DNA of 64,000 bases, taken from assembly GCA_027450005.1 (NCBI GenBank), contig DAIDKO010000018.1, forward strand, positions 16,738-80,737, read 5' to 3'. This stretch comes from Rhodanobacter sp. GTDB taxonomy: Bacteria; Pseudomonadota; Gammaproteobacteria; Xanthomonadales; Rhodanobacteraceae. The notes beneath the pieces are model-generated. The model saw only the letters and a program-made list of their open reading frames with translations. It was not told the DNA's origin and searched no databases. The position numbers were made by a program, and so were the translations under genes. Positions 10,297 to 21,421 of the stretch are shown in pieces; the first letter of the stretch is position 1; the number at the start of each line of letters is the position of its first letter.

Positions 10297-11112
10297 ATGC
10301 TGCGTCAACGCGTCATCACCGCCTTGCTACTCGCGCCGCTGACCATCGTGGCCATCCTGCTGCTACCCACGCCATGCTTCGCCCTGGTGGCCGCCGCCGT
10401 GTTCCTCGGCGCACAGGAGGAATGGGCGCGCCTCGCCGGCGTGGGGAATCCGTCCGTGCGGCTAGCCTTGCTGGTGGTCGGCGCCGCACTGTTCGCCGCC
10501 TTGTGGGGCGCCCATACCCTGGCCACGCGCCCGCTGCTGGTGCTGGGCGTGGCCTGGTGGCTGCTGGCCTGCCTGTGGCTGCGCCATTTCGCCTTCGGTG
10601 CCGCATCCACGCCAGAAAATCGCGCGATGAAGCTGGCCGCCGGCGCCCTCGTGACCTTCCCCGCGTGGATCGCGCTGCTGGCCCTCCACGGCCGCGAACC
10701 GCACGGCCCATGGTGGATGCTGCTGGCGCTGCTGATCGTATGGGCGGCCGACATCGGCGCGTATTTCAGTGGCCGCCGCTTCGGCAAGCGCAAGCTGGCG
10801 CCGCAGATCAGCCCCGGCAAGACATGGGCCGGCGCGTACGGCGCGATGGTCGCCGGCGTGCTGGTGGCGCTCTGCGGCGGTTGGCTGCTCGGCGTCCGCG
10901 CCACAGCCCTGCCCGGCCTCGGCGTGCTGGCCGCGCTCACAGTGGCTATCTCGATCGTGGGCGACCTGCTGGAAAGCCTGATGAAGCGTCATGCCGGCAT
11001 CAAGGATTCCGGCACCGTATTCCCCGGCCATGGCGGCCTGCTCGACCGTATGGACAGCGTGTTTGCTGCACTGCCGATGTTCGCGCTGGGCCTGCTGCTG
11101 CTAGGGCTGTGA
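10297..11112 (+). CDS. cdsA: Phosphatidate cytidylyltransferase
   Basis: SPGKTWAG and [17 protein letters not shown]; start MLRQRVIT. Confidence 0.95.
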   Translation: MLRQRVITALLLAPLTIVAILLLPTPCFALVAAAVFLGAQEEWARLAGVGNPSVRLALLVVGAALFAALWGAHTLATRPLLVLGVAWWLLACLWLRHFAFGAASTPENRAMKLAAGALVTFPAWIALLALHGREPHGPWWMLLALLIVWAADIGAYFSGRRFGKRKLAPQISPGKTWAGAYGAMVAGVLVALCGGWLLGVRATALPGLGVLAALTVAISIVGDLLESLMKRHAGIKDSGTVFPGHGGLLDRMDSVFAALPMFALGLLLLGL

Positions 11113-11113
11113 C

Positions 11114-12292
11114 ATGAGGAACGTTGCCGTTCTCGGCGCTACCGGCTCGATCGGTACCAGTACGCTGGACGTGATCGCCCGGCATCCGCACCGCTTTCGC
11201 GCCAGCGTATTGAGCGCACACGGCAACGTGGAAGCGCTCGCCGGCCTCTGCGAGCGCTTCCACCCAGAACTGGCAGTGATCGCGGATCCCGCGCTGGAAG
11301 GCGAGCTGGCGCGCAAGCTCGCGTCTGCGGGCGTGCGCTGCGACGTGGCCAGCGGCCACAATGCACTTGCCGCCGCCGCATCCGGGGGGTTGTGCGATAC
11401 CGTGGTGGCGGCCATCGTCGGGGCCGCTGGGCTGGATTCGACGCTCGCCGCCGCACGCGCCGGCAAGCGCCTGCTACTGGCGAACAAGGAGTCCATCGTG
11501 CTGGCCGGCCCACTGTTGTTGGAGGCGCTGCACGCCGGCGGCGGCGAACTGATCCCTGTCGACTCGGAGCACAACGCGATCTTCCAGTGCCTGCCCGGCG
11601 GCCGTCCGAAACTGGCGAGGAGCGGCGTACGCCGGTTGATCCTCACCGCCTCCGGCGGCCCGTTCCGCGGCCGCGCGCGCGCCGAACTGGCGACGGTGAC
11701 GCCCGACCAAGCCTGCAAGCACCCGAAGTGGTCGATGGGCCGCAAAATCTCAGTGGATTCCGCAACCCTGATGAACAAGGGGCTGGAGGTGATCGAGGCG
11801 CACCACCTGTTCGGCGCGCCGGCCGACGCGATCGAGGTACTGGTGCACCCGCAGAGCCTGGTGCACTCGCTCGTGGAATACGTGGACGGCTCGGTACTGG
11901 CCCAGCTCGGCAACCCCGACATGCGCACCGCGATCGCCCATGCGCTGGCCTGGCCCGAACGGGTGGAAACCGGTGTACCGCCGCTGGACCTGGCCGCCAG
12001 CGGTGCGCTGCAATTCGAGGCCCCGGACCTGGACACCTTCCGTTGCCTCGCCCTCGCCTTCCAGGCGCTGCGTGCCGGCGGCGACGCGCCGGCGGTCCTG
12101 AACGCCGCCAACGAAGTGGCGGTAGAGGCCTTCCTGGCCGGCACCCTGCCCTTCCTCGCCATCGCCGAGGTGGTGGAAGCCGTGCTCGTGGAACTGCCGG
12201 CGCAGGCCGTGGTCGATGTGGAATCCCTAGTCGAGCGCGACGCCGAGGCGCGGGCCACGGCCCGACGTCTGCTGCTGGCGGCCTGTTCGTAA
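11114..12292 (+). CDS. dxr: 1-deoxy-D-xylulose 5-phosphate reductoisomerase
   Basis: [20 protein letters not shown] and [16 protein letters not shown]. Confidence 0.97.
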   Translation: MRNVAVLGATGSIGTSTLDVIARHPHRFRASVLSAHGNVEALAGLCERFHPELAVIADPALEGELARKLASAGVRCDVASGHNALAAAASGGLCDTVVAAIVGAAGLDSTLAAARAGKRLLLANKESIVLAGPLLLEALHAGGGELIPVDSEHNAIFQCLPGGRPKLARSGVRRLILTASGGPFRGRARAELATVTPDQACKHPKWSMGRKISVDSATLMNKGLEVIEAHHLFGAPADAIEVLVHPQSLVHSLVEYVDGSVLAQLGNPDMRTAIAHALAWPERVETGVPPLDLAASGALQFEAPDLDTFRCLALAFQALRAGGDAPAVLNAANEVAVEAFLAGTLPFLAIAEVVEAVLVELPAQAVVDVESLVERDAEARATARRLLLAACS

Positions 12293-12378
12293 TTCCCAAG
12301 CAACCGGCCTGGGAGGCATGAGCAGGCTCTGGGGGCTTGCTGATATCCTTCTCCGATAGATTCCTGCCTCGGCGTTTA

Positions 12379-13725
12379 ATGACTTCCTTTTTCGGTCCGG
12401 TGTTCTGGTTGCTGGTCACGCTGGGCGTGCTGGTGACCTTCCATGAGTTCGGCCATTACTGGGTCGCGCGGCGCTGCGGGGTCAGGGTGCTGCGTTTCTC
12501 GGTGGGCTTCGGCAAGGCGCTGTGGAAACGTGTCGGCCGCGACGGCTGCGAATACCAGATCGCCGCGATCCCGCTGGGCGGCTACGTGAGGATGCTGGAC
12601 GCCCGCGAAGGCGTTGTCCCGCCGCAGTACCGCGACCAGGAGTTCACCGTCCAGCCGGTGTGGAAACGCATCTTGATCGTTCTGGCAGGACCGGGTTTCA
12701 ACCTGATCTTCACCGTGGCCGCGCTGTGGCTGATGTTCATGCTGGGCCGGCCAGACGCGGCGCCCGTCGTCACCGCCAAGCCGCAAAGCATGGCAGCCGT
12801 GGCGGGCATCCAGCCCGGCGACCGCATCGTCAGCATCGATGGCCGCGCCGTCGCCACCTGGAGCGACTCGCTGGATGCGGTGGCCAACGCCCTGCTGGAT
12901 CGCAACCCGCTGCCGCTGACCGTGCGCCACGCCGATGGCACGCAGAAGCAGTTGTTGCTGCCGCTGGACAAGCTGCCGCCGGGCCAGACCGTGGACCAGT
13001 ACATCACGACCCTGGGCCTGGAATTGGCGCCGACTCCCGCGATTGCTGCTACCGTGCTGCCCGGCCAGCCCGCCGCGCTGGGCGGCATGCGGGTAGGCGA
13101 TCGCATCGTCAGCATCGACGACAAGCCGGTGCCGGACTCCGAAGCGGTGGCCAAGCTGGTGCAGCAGAACGCGCCTATCTCGCCAAAGCTGAACATCGTG
13201 GTCGAACGCAACGGCAAGACGATACCGCTTCAGGTCGTGGCCAGGCACGAGTCGCTGCGGGGCCAGCCACCGAACTGGGTGATCGGCATCGGCGCACGGC
13301 CGCAGGAGACCGCGACGCTGCGTTACGGCCCGCTGCGCGCGCTGCGCGTCGCACTGACCGACACCTGGCGCAACGTCGTGCAGACCTTCGGCATGGTCGG
13401 CAAGATGGTGGGCGGCGAGGCCTCAACCAGGAACCTGTCCAGCGTGATCGGTATCGCGCAGATGGCCAATGCCAGCGCCCAGATGGGCCTGGCGTGGTTC
13501 CTGCAGTTCCTCGCCACGGTATCGCTGAGCCTGGCAGTACTGAACCTGCTGCCCATTCCCGTCTTGGATGGCGGGCACCTGCTGTATTACCTTATCGAGC
13601 TGCTCAAGGGCAGCCCGCTCAGCGAGCAGGCCATGGCCATCGGCCAGTACATCGGGTTGGCGCTGCTGGTCAGCCTGATGGGTCTGGTGTTCTACAACGA
13701 TATCCATCGCATGCTGTTGTCGTGA
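12379..13725 (+). CDS. rseP: RIP zinc metalloprotease RseP
   Basis: HEFGH, two PDZ domains and NLLPIPVLDGG; start placed at ATG 12379. Confidence 0.95.
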   Translation: MTSFFGPVFWLLVTLGVLVTFHEFGHYWVARRCGVRVLRFSVGFGKALWKRVGRDGCEYQIAAIPLGGYVRMLDAREGVVPPQYRDQEFTVQPVWKRILIVLAGPGFNLIFTVAALWLMFMLGRPDAAPVVTAKPQSMAAVAGIQPGDRIVSIDGRAVATWSDSLDAVANALLDRNPLPLTVRHADGTQKQLLLPLDKLPPGQTVDQYITTLGLELAPTPAIAATVLPGQPAALGGMRVGDRIVSIDDKPVPDSEAVAKLVQQNAPISPKLNIVVERNGKTIPLQVVARHESLRGQPPNWVIGIGARPQETATLRYGPLRALRVALTDTWRNVVQTFGMVGKMVGGEASTRNLSSVIGIAQMANASAQMGLAWFLQFLATVSLSLAVLNLLPIPVLDGGHLLYYLIELLKGSPLSEQAMAIGQYIGLALLVSLMGLVFYNDIHRMLLS

Positions 13726-13869
13726 CGCCAGCGCACCGCACCCACGGTTCGTCTACGCCGCGCCCGGTAACCCGTGCGGGCGCCAGTTATTTTCTCGCGG
13801 CAGGTCACCCCCTGCAGCGTGCCTTGATCGGGCCGGCGGCCTGATCGAAACCCTCCACCGGAACCGACG

Positions 13870-16296
13870 ATGAAGCGTATCGCCGCCCTGCTGTTGCTTG
13901 CCTCCCTCTCCGCGAAAGCGCTCGCCTTCGATCCGTTCGTGATCTCGGACATCCGCATCGACGGCCTCACCCGCATCTCCGCCGGCACGGTGTTCAACTA
14001 CCTGCCGATGGGTCGCGGCGACCAGATGACCGACGCCATGGCGCAGCGGGCGATCCGCGCGCTGTACCAGACCAAGTTCTTCAGCGACGTGGAACTGCAG
14101 CGCGACGGCAACATCCTGGTGATCAAGGTCGTGGAGCGGCCGTCCATCGCCAAGCTGACCATCCGCGGCAACAAGGCGATCAAGACCGCCGACCTGAAGA
14201 AAGGTCTGAAGTCCATTGGTCTGGCCGAAGGCGACACCTTCGACCGGCTGGCGCTGGACAACGTGCAGCAGGAGCTGATCCACCAGTACTACAACCGCGG
14301 TAAGTACAGCGTCTCGGTGATCCCCCACGTGGTGCGGCTGGATCGCAACCGTGTGGCGATCGACATCGAAATCCGCGAAGGCGAAGTAGCGAAGATCAAG
14401 GAGATCAACATCGTCGGCAACCACGCGTTCACCGACAAGGCGATCCGCAGCGATTTCGAACTCGGCACGCCGAATTGGATGTCGTGGTACTCCAAGAACG
14501 ACCAGTATTCGCAGGAGAAGCTCTCCGGCGACCTGGACAAGCTGCAGGCCTACTACATGAACCGCGGCTACGCCGACTTCGGCGTCGACTCCACCCAGGT
14601 GACCATCGCGCCGGACAAGCAGTCCATGTACATCGCGGCGGACATCAAGGAGGGCGAGGTCTACAAAATCGCCGACGTGAAGCTCCTCGGCACTCTGGTG
14701 CTGCCGGAGACCACGCTGCGCAAGCTGGTGTTCGTCAAGCGGGGCGAGTTGTTCAACCGCGCTGCGATCGAGGCCAGCACCAAGGCGATCAAGGGGCTGC
14801 TGGCCGATATCGGCTATGCCTATGCCAAGGTGACGCCGTACCCCAAGCTGGACAAGGAAAAGCACACCGTCGACCTCACGCTGTACATCGAGCCGGGCCA
14901 GCGCGTGTACGTGCGTCGCGTGATCTTCGAAGGCAACACGCTGACCGAGGACAACGTGCTGCGCCGCGAAATGCGCCAGCTCGAAGGCTCCTGGTACTCG
15001 CAAGTGGCCATCGACCGCTCCAAGATCCGCCTGCAGCAGCTGGGCTTTTTCAAGAAGGTCGAAATCAGCAAGAAGAGGGTGCCCGGCTCCAACGACCAGG
15101 TGGACGTCACTGTCAAGGTCAAGGAGCAGTCCGCCGGCAGCCTGCAGTTCGGTATCGGCTACTCGCAGTATTCGGGCATCATCCTGTCCTCCTCGGTGTC
15201 GGAGCGCAACCTGTTCGGCAGCGGTGATTCCGTCTCGATCGGCGGCGAGCGCAGCAGCTACTACAGCCGCTTCAACGTCGACTACTACAACCCCTACCTC
15301 ACCAACAACGGCGTGGGTATCGGTTATAACGCCAGCTACTCCAAGACCAACTACAGCAACGTTAACAGCGGTGCCTTCGCCAACTACTCGACCAGCCAGA
15401 CCGCTTTCTCCGCCTTCCTCGGCTTCCCGATCACCGACTTCTCGAGCATTCGTGCGGGCCTGGGCCTGAGCAGCAACAAGATCAACTCGCTGCCCGGCTA
15501 CACGCCGCAGTCGTTGATCGACTACCAAAACGAGATCGGCCACTACACGGTCCACTCCACCATCGCCACGCTGGGCTGGAACCGCGACACCCGAAACGGC
15601 TACTGGGCACCCACCGCGGGCGGCAGGTTGTCGCTGAACTCTGAGATCGCGCTGCCCACCTCCACCGTCAAGTACTGGAAGCTCACCGGCGAAGCGAACC
15701 ATTACTGGCCCATCGGCGGCGGCTTCGTGCTTTACCTCGACGGCCAGGTCGGTTACGGCAAGACCTACGGCCAGAACGGTATCAGCAACGCACAGTTCAA
15801 CCAGCTGAAGTCCGCCTACGCCGCCAATGGCCAGACTCTGGTGGACATGCGCAACCAGTTCCCGTTCTGGGAGAACTTCTACGCCGGCGGCGTGAACGAC
15901 GTGCGCGGCTTCCAAGACAACACGCTGGGTCCACGCCTTTGCGGCGGCACCGGCATAAAGAATGCAGCCGACTACTGCAACAACAGCTACTACAGCTACG
16001 CCCAGCCGGTCGGCGGCGCGTTCAAAGTGCTGGGCACGGCCGAGTTGTACCTGCCGCTGCCCTTCCTGAAGGACATCAACACTGCGCGTGTCTCCTGGTT
16101 CGTGGACACCGGAAATGCGTACTCCAACTGGAACACCTTCAGCGCCAGCACGCTGCGCGCGTCCACCGGCCTGTCGCTGCACTGGCAGTCGCCGATGGGC
16201 CCAATGATCATCAACTTCGCCATGCCATTCCGCACCCAGCCGGGCGACAACCATTACGAGGAACGTATCCAGTTCACCTTCGGCTCAACGTTCTGA
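13870..16296 (+). CDS. bamA: Outer membrane protein assembly factor BamA
   Basis: POTRA repeats, VRGF loop-6 motif, C-terminal QFTFGSTF, position in the cluster. Confidence 0.97.
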   Translation: MKRIAALLLLASLSAKALAFDPFVISDIRIDGLTRISAGTVFNYLPMGRGDQMTDAMAQRAIRALYQTKFFSDVELQRDGNILVIKVVERPSIAKLTIRGNKAIKTADLKKGLKSIGLAEGDTFDRLALDNVQQELIHQYYNRGKYSVSVIPHVVRLDRNRVAIDIEIREGEVAKIKEINIVGNHAFTDKAIRSDFELGTPNWMSWYSKNDQYSQEKLSGDLDKLQAYYMNRGYADFGVDSTQVTIAPDKQSMYIAADIKEGEVYKIADVKLLGTLVLPETTLRKLVFVKRGELFNRAAIEASTKAIKGLLADIGYAYAKVTPYPKLDKEKHTVDLTLYIEPGQRVYVRRVIFEGNTLTEDNVLRREMRQLEGSWYSQVAIDRSKIRLQQLGFFKKVEISKKRVPGSNDQVDVTVKVKEQSAGSLQFGIGYSQYSGIILSSSVSERNLFGSGDSVSIGGERSSYYSRFNVDYYNPYLTNNGVGIGYNASYSKTNYSNVNSGAFANYSTSQTAFSAFLGFPITDFSSIRAGLGLSSNKINSLPGYTPQSLIDYQNEIGHYTVHSTIATLGWNRDTRNGYWAPTAGGRLSLNSEIALPTSTVKYWKLTGEANHYWPIGGGFVLYLDGQVGYGKTYGQNGISNAQFNQLKSAYAANGQTLVDMRNQFPFWENFYAGGVNDVRGFQDNTLGPRLCGGTGIKNAADYCNNSYYSYAQPVGGAFKVLGTAELYLPLPFLKDINTARVSWFVDTGNAYSNWNTFSASTLRASTGLSLHWQSPMGPMIINFAMPFRTQPGDNHYEERIQFTFGSTF

Positions 16297-16318
16297 TCCG
16301 TCGGCGCAGCGTCGCATT

Positions 16319-16348
16319 GCGAAAAGCGCGGCTTGCCGCGCTTTTCGC
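16319..16348 (+). terminator. Hairpin/terminator after bamA
   Basis: GCGAAAAGCGCGG-cttg-CCGCGCTTTTCGC inverted repeat, followed by TACAAT (16367-16372) upstream of lpxD. Confidence 0.6.
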
Positions 16349-16396
16349 GTTTTCGCACTCGGCCGATACAATGGCGGCCCCGCCGAGGAGCCGCCA

Positions 16397-17428
16397 TTGA
16401 GCCAGCCATCCAGCCACACCCTCGCCGAACTGGCCGAACGCTTCGGCCTGCGCCTGCGCGGCGACGGCAACCGCCGCCTCGAGGGCATCGCCACGCTGGC
16501 CAACGCGAACGCCAGCCAGCTGAGCTTCCTTTCCAACAGCAAGTACACCGCGCAACTGGCCTCCACGACCGCCGGCGCGGTGATCCTGCGCGAGGAAAAC
16601 CTTGCCGACTGCCCCGTCGACGCCCTACTCGCCGCCGATCCCTACGTGGCCTACGCCAGGGTTGCCGCGCTGTTCGAGCGCCTGCCAGCGAGCGCACCCG
16701 GCATCCATCCCACCGCTGTGGTGGATGCAAACGCCAGGGTCAGCGCGAGCGCTAGCGTTGGCCCGTGCTGCGTGATCGGGCGCGGCGCGGTGGTCGAGGA
16801 CGGCGCAGTGCTCGGCCCGCACTGCATCGTGGGCGACGACTGCACGGTGGGCGCGCAAACGCGCCTGGTGGCACGCGTGACGCTGGTGACGCGCGTAGTG
16901 CTGGGTAGGCGCGTGCTGGTGCATCCCGGCGCGGTGATCGGGTCGGACGGCTTTGGTTTGGCCTTCGATTGCGACCGGTGGGTGAAGATCCCCCAACTCG
17001 GCGGCGTACGCATCGGCGACGACTGCGAGATCGGCTCGAACACCACCATCGACCGCGGCGCGCTGGACGACACCGTGCTGGAAGAGGACGTGCGACTAGA
17101 CAACCAGATCCAGATCGCCCACAACGTACACATCGGCGCGCACAGCGCGCTGGCCGGCTGCGCCGCCGTTGCCGGCAGCGCGAAGATCGGCCGCTATTGC
17201 ATGATCGGAGGCAACGCCGGCGTGCTTGGCCATCTGGAAGTCGCCGACCGGGTTACCATTACCGCCAAGAGCCTGGTTACGCACGCGATACGCGAGCCGG
17301 GCGAATACTCCTCCGGCACGCCACTGCAGGACAACCGTAGCTGGCGAAAGAACGCCGCCCGCTTTAAGCATCTGGACGATTTCGCGCGCCGACTCACGGC
17401 GCTGGAAAAGGACAAGAACGATGAGTGA
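16397..17428 (+). CDS. lpxD: UDP-3-O-acylglucosamine N-acyltransferase
   Basis: Hexapeptide repeats, GSDGFG and DNQIQIAHNV; TTG start. Confidence 0.95.
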   Translation: MSQPSSHTLAELAERFGLRLRGDGNRRLEGIATLANANASQLSFLSNSKYTAQLASTTAGAVILREENLADCPVDALLAADPYVAYARVAALFERLPASAPGIHPTAVVDANARVSASASVGPCCVIGRGAVVEDGAVLGPHCIVGDDCTVGAQTRLVARVTLVTRVVLGRRVLVHPGAVIGSDGFGLAFDCDRWVKIPQLGGVRIGDDCEIGSNTTIDRGALDDTVLEEDVRLDNQIQIAHNVHIGAHSALAGCAAVAGSAKIGRYCMIGGNAGVLGHLEVADRVTITAKSLVTHAIREPGEYSSGTPLQDNRSWRKNAARFKHLDDFARRLTALEKDKNDE

Positions 17429-17894
17429 CAACAGCGCGACCCTGACCCTGCCGGTGAACGTGGAAGAAATCCAGCAGCTGCTGCCACACCGCTATCCGTT
17501 CCTGCTGGTCGATCGCGTGATCGAGCTAGTGCCCGACCAGAGTGCCGCGGCAATCAAGAACGTCACCATCAACGAACCGTTCTTCAACGGCCACTTCCCC
17601 GGCCACCCGGTGATGCCGGGCGTGCTGATCGTGGAAGCGATGGCGCAGGCCGCCGGCCTGCTCACCCAGCTCAGTAACCGCATGAAGGGCAACCATGGCA
17701 GCCCGCTGTTCTACTTGGTCAAGGTGGACAATGCGCGCTTCAGTGCGCCGGTGGTCCCGGGCGACCAACTGCGGCTGGAGGTGTCGGTGAAGCGCGTGAT
17801 GCGCGGGATGGGCCTGTTCGCCGCACGCACGCTGGTGGACGGCAAGGAAGTGGCCAGCTGCGAACTGATGTGCGCGGCGAGGTCCGAGAAATGA
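17421..17894 (+). CDS. fabZ: 3-hydroxyacyl-ACP dehydratase
   Basis: [13 protein letters not shown] and [13 protein letters not shown]. Confidence 0.97.
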   Translation: MSDNSATLTLPVNVEEIQQLLPHRYPFLLVDRVIELVPDQSAAAIKNVTINEPFFNGHFPGHPVMPGVLIVEAMAQAAGLLTQLSNRMKGNHGSPLFYLVKVDNARFSAPVVPGDQLRLEVSVKRVMRGMGLFAARTLVDGKEVASCELMCAARSEK

Positions 17895-18664
17895 TCCACG
17901 CTACCGCGCAGATCGACCCTAACGCGAAGATCGGTGCCAACGTCAGCATCGGCGCCTTCAGCGTGATCAGCGCCGAGGTGGAGATAGGCGAAGGCACGGT
18001 TATCGGTCCGCACGTGGTGATCGAGGGGCCGACGAAGATCGGCCGCGACAACCGCATCGCGCAGTTCGCCTCGCTTGGCGGTGACCCGCAGGACAAGAAG
18101 TTCGCCGGCGAGCGCACCGAACTGGTGATAGGCGACCGTAACCTGATCCGCGAATTCGTCACCGTCAACCGCGGTACCGGCGACGGTGGCGGCGTCACCC
18201 GCATCGGCAACGACAACTGGCTGCTGGCCTACGTGCACGTGGCGCACGATTGCCAGGTCGGCAACCACGTGGTGTTTTCCAACTACTCGGCACTGGCCGG
18301 GCACGTGGAGATCGGCGACTGGGTGATCATCTCGGGCTATGCTGGCGTGCACCAGTTCTGCAAGGTGGGCGCGCACGCCTTCATCGCGATGGGCTGCCTG
18401 GTCGGCTCCGACGTGCCGCCTTTCCTGATGATGGCGAACGAACAGCACGGCCGCCCGCGCGGCATCAACAGCGAGGGACTGAAGCGCCGGGGCTTCGATG
18501 GCATGCGCGTCAGCGCTATCAAGCGCGCGTACCGCACCCTGTACATGGCCGGCCTGTCGCAGACCGAGGCACTCGAGCAACTCGCATTGCAGGCGCAGGA
18601 CAGCGCCGACGTGCGCGCGATGCTGGACTTCATCGAACGCAGCGAGCGGGCGCTCGCCCGCTGA
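17891..18664 (+). CDS. lpxA: UDP-N-acetylglucosamine acyltransferase
   Basis: [21 protein letters not shown] and HQF. Confidence 0.97.
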   Translation: MIHATAQIDPNAKIGANVSIGAFSVISAEVEIGEGTVIGPHVVIEGPTKIGRDNRIAQFASLGGDPQDKKFAGERTELVIGDRNLIREFVTVNRGTGDGGGVTRIGNDNWLLAYVHVAHDCQVGNHVVFSNYSALAGHVEIGDWVIISGYAGVHQFCKVGAHAFIAMGCLVGSDVPPFLMMANEQHGRPRGINSEGLKRRGFDGMRVSAIKRAYRTLYMAGLSQTEALEQLALQAQDSADVRAMLDFIERSERALAR

Positions 18665-18726
18665 TATGCGCTCAGCGCATATCAGCAAATCAGGCCCGTG
18701 CCTGCCTTTGCCCTGACAACTGAACC

Positions 18727-19938
18727 ATGCCGACTGTCGAAACAACCGGCGCCCCTCTCATCGCCATCCTTGCCGGCGAAGACTCCGGCGACCAGCTCGG
18801 TGCCGACCTCATCGCCGCGCTGCGCATCCGCTATCCGCAGGCTCGCTTCGTCGGCATCGGCGGCAAGCGCATGCAGGCGCAGGGGTTCGATCCCTGGTAC
18901 GACATCTGCGAACTGTCGCTATTTGGCTTCGTCGAGGTCGTGTCGCACCTGCCGCGCCTGCTTCGGCTGCGCAGGGAACTGGTCGCACGCCTGCGCGCCG
19001 TCAAGCCGGCCGTGGTGGTCGGCATCGACGCGCCGGACTTCAACCTTGGCGTAGAGCAACGTCTGCGCAAGGCCGGTCTGCGCACAGTGCATTACGTCAG
19101 CCCTTCGGTGTGGGCATGGCGCGAAAAGCGTGCCGGGAAAATCGGCCGTTCGGCCGACCGTGTGCTGTGCCTTTTCCCGATGGAACCCGCGATCTACGCG
19201 AAGCACGGCGTCGATGCGCGCTTCACCGGCCATCCGCTGGCCGACCGCTTCCCGCTGGTATCCGACCGCGCCGCCGCGCGCGAAGCGCTGCATCTGCCGC
19301 ACGATGCACCGGTGCTGGCTGTGCTGCCCGGCAGCCGCGGCAGCGAACTGGCGCGATTGGGGGAACCCTTCCTGGATGCCGCGCAGCGGGTCGCCGCTGC
19401 GTTACCCGGCCTGCGGGTGGTGATACCCGCCGCCAACCCGCGCGTGCTGGAGTCATTGCGTTCCCTGCTCGCCAGGCCTCCGCAGAACGCCACCAAACCG
19501 CAGTTGCTGGACGGGCACGCGCACGAGGCGATGCAGGCCGCCGACGTGGTGCTGCTGGCGTCCGGCACCGCCACGCTGGAAGCCATGCTGGCCAAGCGCC
19601 CGATGGTGGTGGGCTACCGCGTCTCGCCGGCGAGCTATCGCGTCGCGAGGCTGCTGCGCATGCTCAAGACCGACGTCTACTCCCTGCCCAACATCCTCGC
19701 CCGCGCCTGCGGCCTCGGCGAACGCGTCGTGCTCGCGCCGGAGCTGATGCAGGACGATTGCACCGCCGTCGAGCTCTCCGACGCCGTGCTCGCGCTGTTC
19801 AACGACAGCGAACGCCGCGGCGCCATTGTGGCCGCGTTCGAACAACTGCACCGGGCCCTGCGCTCGAATCTGGATGGTAATGCGGCCGATGCGGCTGCCG
19901 CAGCGATTGCCGATTTGATTGGACGGGATCACGCATAG
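18727..19938 (+). CDS. lpxB: Lipid-A-disaccharide synthase
   Basis: [25 protein letters not shown] and LPGSR. Confidence 0.96.
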   Translation: MPTVETTGAPLIAILAGEDSGDQLGADLIAALRIRYPQARFVGIGGKRMQAQGFDPWYDICELSLFGFVEVVSHLPRLLRLRRELVARLRAVKPAVVVGIDAPDFNLGVEQRLRKAGLRTVHYVSPSVWAWREKRAGKIGRSADRVLCLFPMEPAIYAKHGVDARFTGHPLADRFPLVSDRAAAREALHLPHDAPVLAVLPGSRGSELARLGEPFLDAAQRVAAALPGLRVVIPAANPRVLESLRSLLARPPQNATKPQLLDGHAHEAMQAADVVLLASGTATLEAMLAKRPMVVGYRVSPASYRVARLLRMLKTDVYSLPNILARACGLGERVVLAPELMQDDCTAVELSDAVLALFNDSERRGAIVAAFEQLHRALRSNLDGNAADAAAAAIADLIGRDHA

Positions 19939-19950
19939 CTTCTCTCTGGC

Positions 19951-19970
19951 CACTCCCCGAAAGGGGAGGG
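19951..19970. repeat. REP-like palindrome, same family as 9391-9413
   Basis: CACTCCCC-gaaa-GGGGAGGG between lpxB and rnhB. Confidence 0.55.
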
Positions 19971-20015
19971 AATGCGGAATCGCACGGCCCTGACTTCATA
20001 TATACCGCTGCATCC

Positions 20016-20624
20016 ATGAGTGTCGCGACCTTGCCAAACAATGTCCTTCTGAGCGCAGGGGTAGACGAGGCCGGTCGCGGCCCGCTCGCCGGCCCGGTGG
20101 TGGTGGCCGCGGTGATCCTCGACCCTGCACGCCCTATCCCCGGTCTGGATGACTCCAAGAAGCTCAGCGAGAAAAGGCGCGAGGCGCTGTACCCGCAGAT
20201 CATCGAATGCGCACTGGCGCATTGCGTCGTCATGGTGGAGGCGGAGGAAATCGACCGCCTCAACATCTTTCAGGCCACCATGGCCGGCATGAGCCGCGCG
20301 GTCGCCGGTCTCACGCCTGCCGCGCACGAAGCCCTGGTGGACGGCAACAAACTGCCACGGGATTTGCCATGCCCCGGTCGCGCCATCGTGGGCGGGGACG
20401 CACTGGAACCGGCGATCGGCGCCGCCTCCATCCTAGCCAAGGTCACCCGTGACCGGTTGATGGTGGCGTTGGAGAGCATCCATCCCGGCTACGGCTTCGC
20501 CGTACATAAGGGTTACCCCACGCCCGCGCACTTGGCCGCGCTGCAGCAACTCGGGCCATGCCCGCAGCACCGACGCAGCTTCGCTCCGGTACGCCAGTGG
20601 CTGGACCAGGGCGTCTTGTTCTGA
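20016..20624 (+). CDS. rnhB: Ribonuclease HII
   Basis: [26 protein letters not shown] and HKGYPT. Confidence 0.97.
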   Translation: MSVATLPNNVLLSAGVDEAGRGPLAGPVVVAAVILDPARPIPGLDDSKKLSEKRREALYPQIIECALAHCVVMVEAEEIDRLNIFQATMAGMSRAVAGLTPAAHEALVDGNKLPRDLPCPGRAIVGGDALEPAIGAASILAKVTRDRLMVALESIHPGYGFAVHKGYPTPAHLAALQQLGPCPQHRRSFAPVRQWLDQGVLF

Positions 20625-20896
20625 CGATCTCGCAGGCTTCCCGCGGCGAGTTGCCACGCCGGGCAAGTCCGCGTCATCGAGGCCAGCAGCGCCAGTCGAA
20701 ACTGCCGTACTCCGACAGCAACCACCGGATCCTGCCGGCACGCGCCCTAAGGCATGGCTTGAAAGCTGGCGAAGGCGAGCGCTTCTTGGTGAGGCGATCT
20801 TGCCTTGTCGTCCTGTACGAACATAGACCGTGGCGATGGCCTGCGGTGACGTCCTCCGACGCCTGCCGCCCGTTGAGCCGTCCGGGAGGAGAGGGA

Positions 20897-21316
20897 ATGC
20901 GCATCGCGATGGACTTGCTCTGCGGACTGCTGGCCAGTACCAGCCTCATGGCCGGGGCGAAGCCGGGCGACCGGCCTGCAGACCCGGGCCACCAACGTGA
21001 CTTGCTGCTGCAGGTTGCCTATGTCGACAGCAAGGAGGACCGACAGGTTTTCGTGCGCGCCTCGTGCACCCTTAGGCGGCGCATGCCGGGGCTGTCGATC
21101 ACCAGGGATCCGCACGGAAGTATCGGAGAGCCGTACGGCACCAACAACATGCTTCCGATCATGGCGCTTCCGCACCGGAACGGCGCCATTGCGTACATCC
21201 GTGCTGGCTGCGACGAAAAGGATCTGGACGATCTCCTCGCCGAGCTCAATACCCTGATGGCGGAACCCGCGCTGACTCCGGCGACGGCTTCCTCCGCCCG
21301 ACCAGCTCCGCTGTGA
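20897..21316 (+). CDS. Hypothetical, possibly exported protein (139 aa)
   Basis: Strong purine-rich RBS (GGGAGGAGAGGGA) before ATG 20897 and a signal-peptide-like N-terminus; no family recognised. Confidence 0.5.
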   Translation: MRIAMDLLCGLLASTSLMAGAKPGDRPADPGHQRDLLLQVAYVDSKEDRQVFVRASCTLRRRMPGLSITRDPHGSIGEPYGTNNMLPIMALPHRNGAIAYIRAGCDEKDLDDLLAELNTLMAEPALTPATASSARPAPL

Positions 21317-21421
21317 TGCGCTTGTGGCGCCAGCGGCCGCCGCGTCGCAAGCACGCCGCTGTCAAGCTTGTGAGCCGACGTCCCCACGGTTAGCCTTCCG
21401 GGACTCACCAGATGAGTCAGC

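Noticed and set aside
13753-16254. Very long antisense ORFs (also 8033-9823, 26998-28254, 46275-48041, 47722-49017)
   Set aside because: They are shadows of high-GC coding genes on the opposite strand, with no recognisable motifs
16297-16396. Absence of skp between bamA and lpxD
   Set aside because: I believe this is usual for Xanthomonadales, so it is not distinctive
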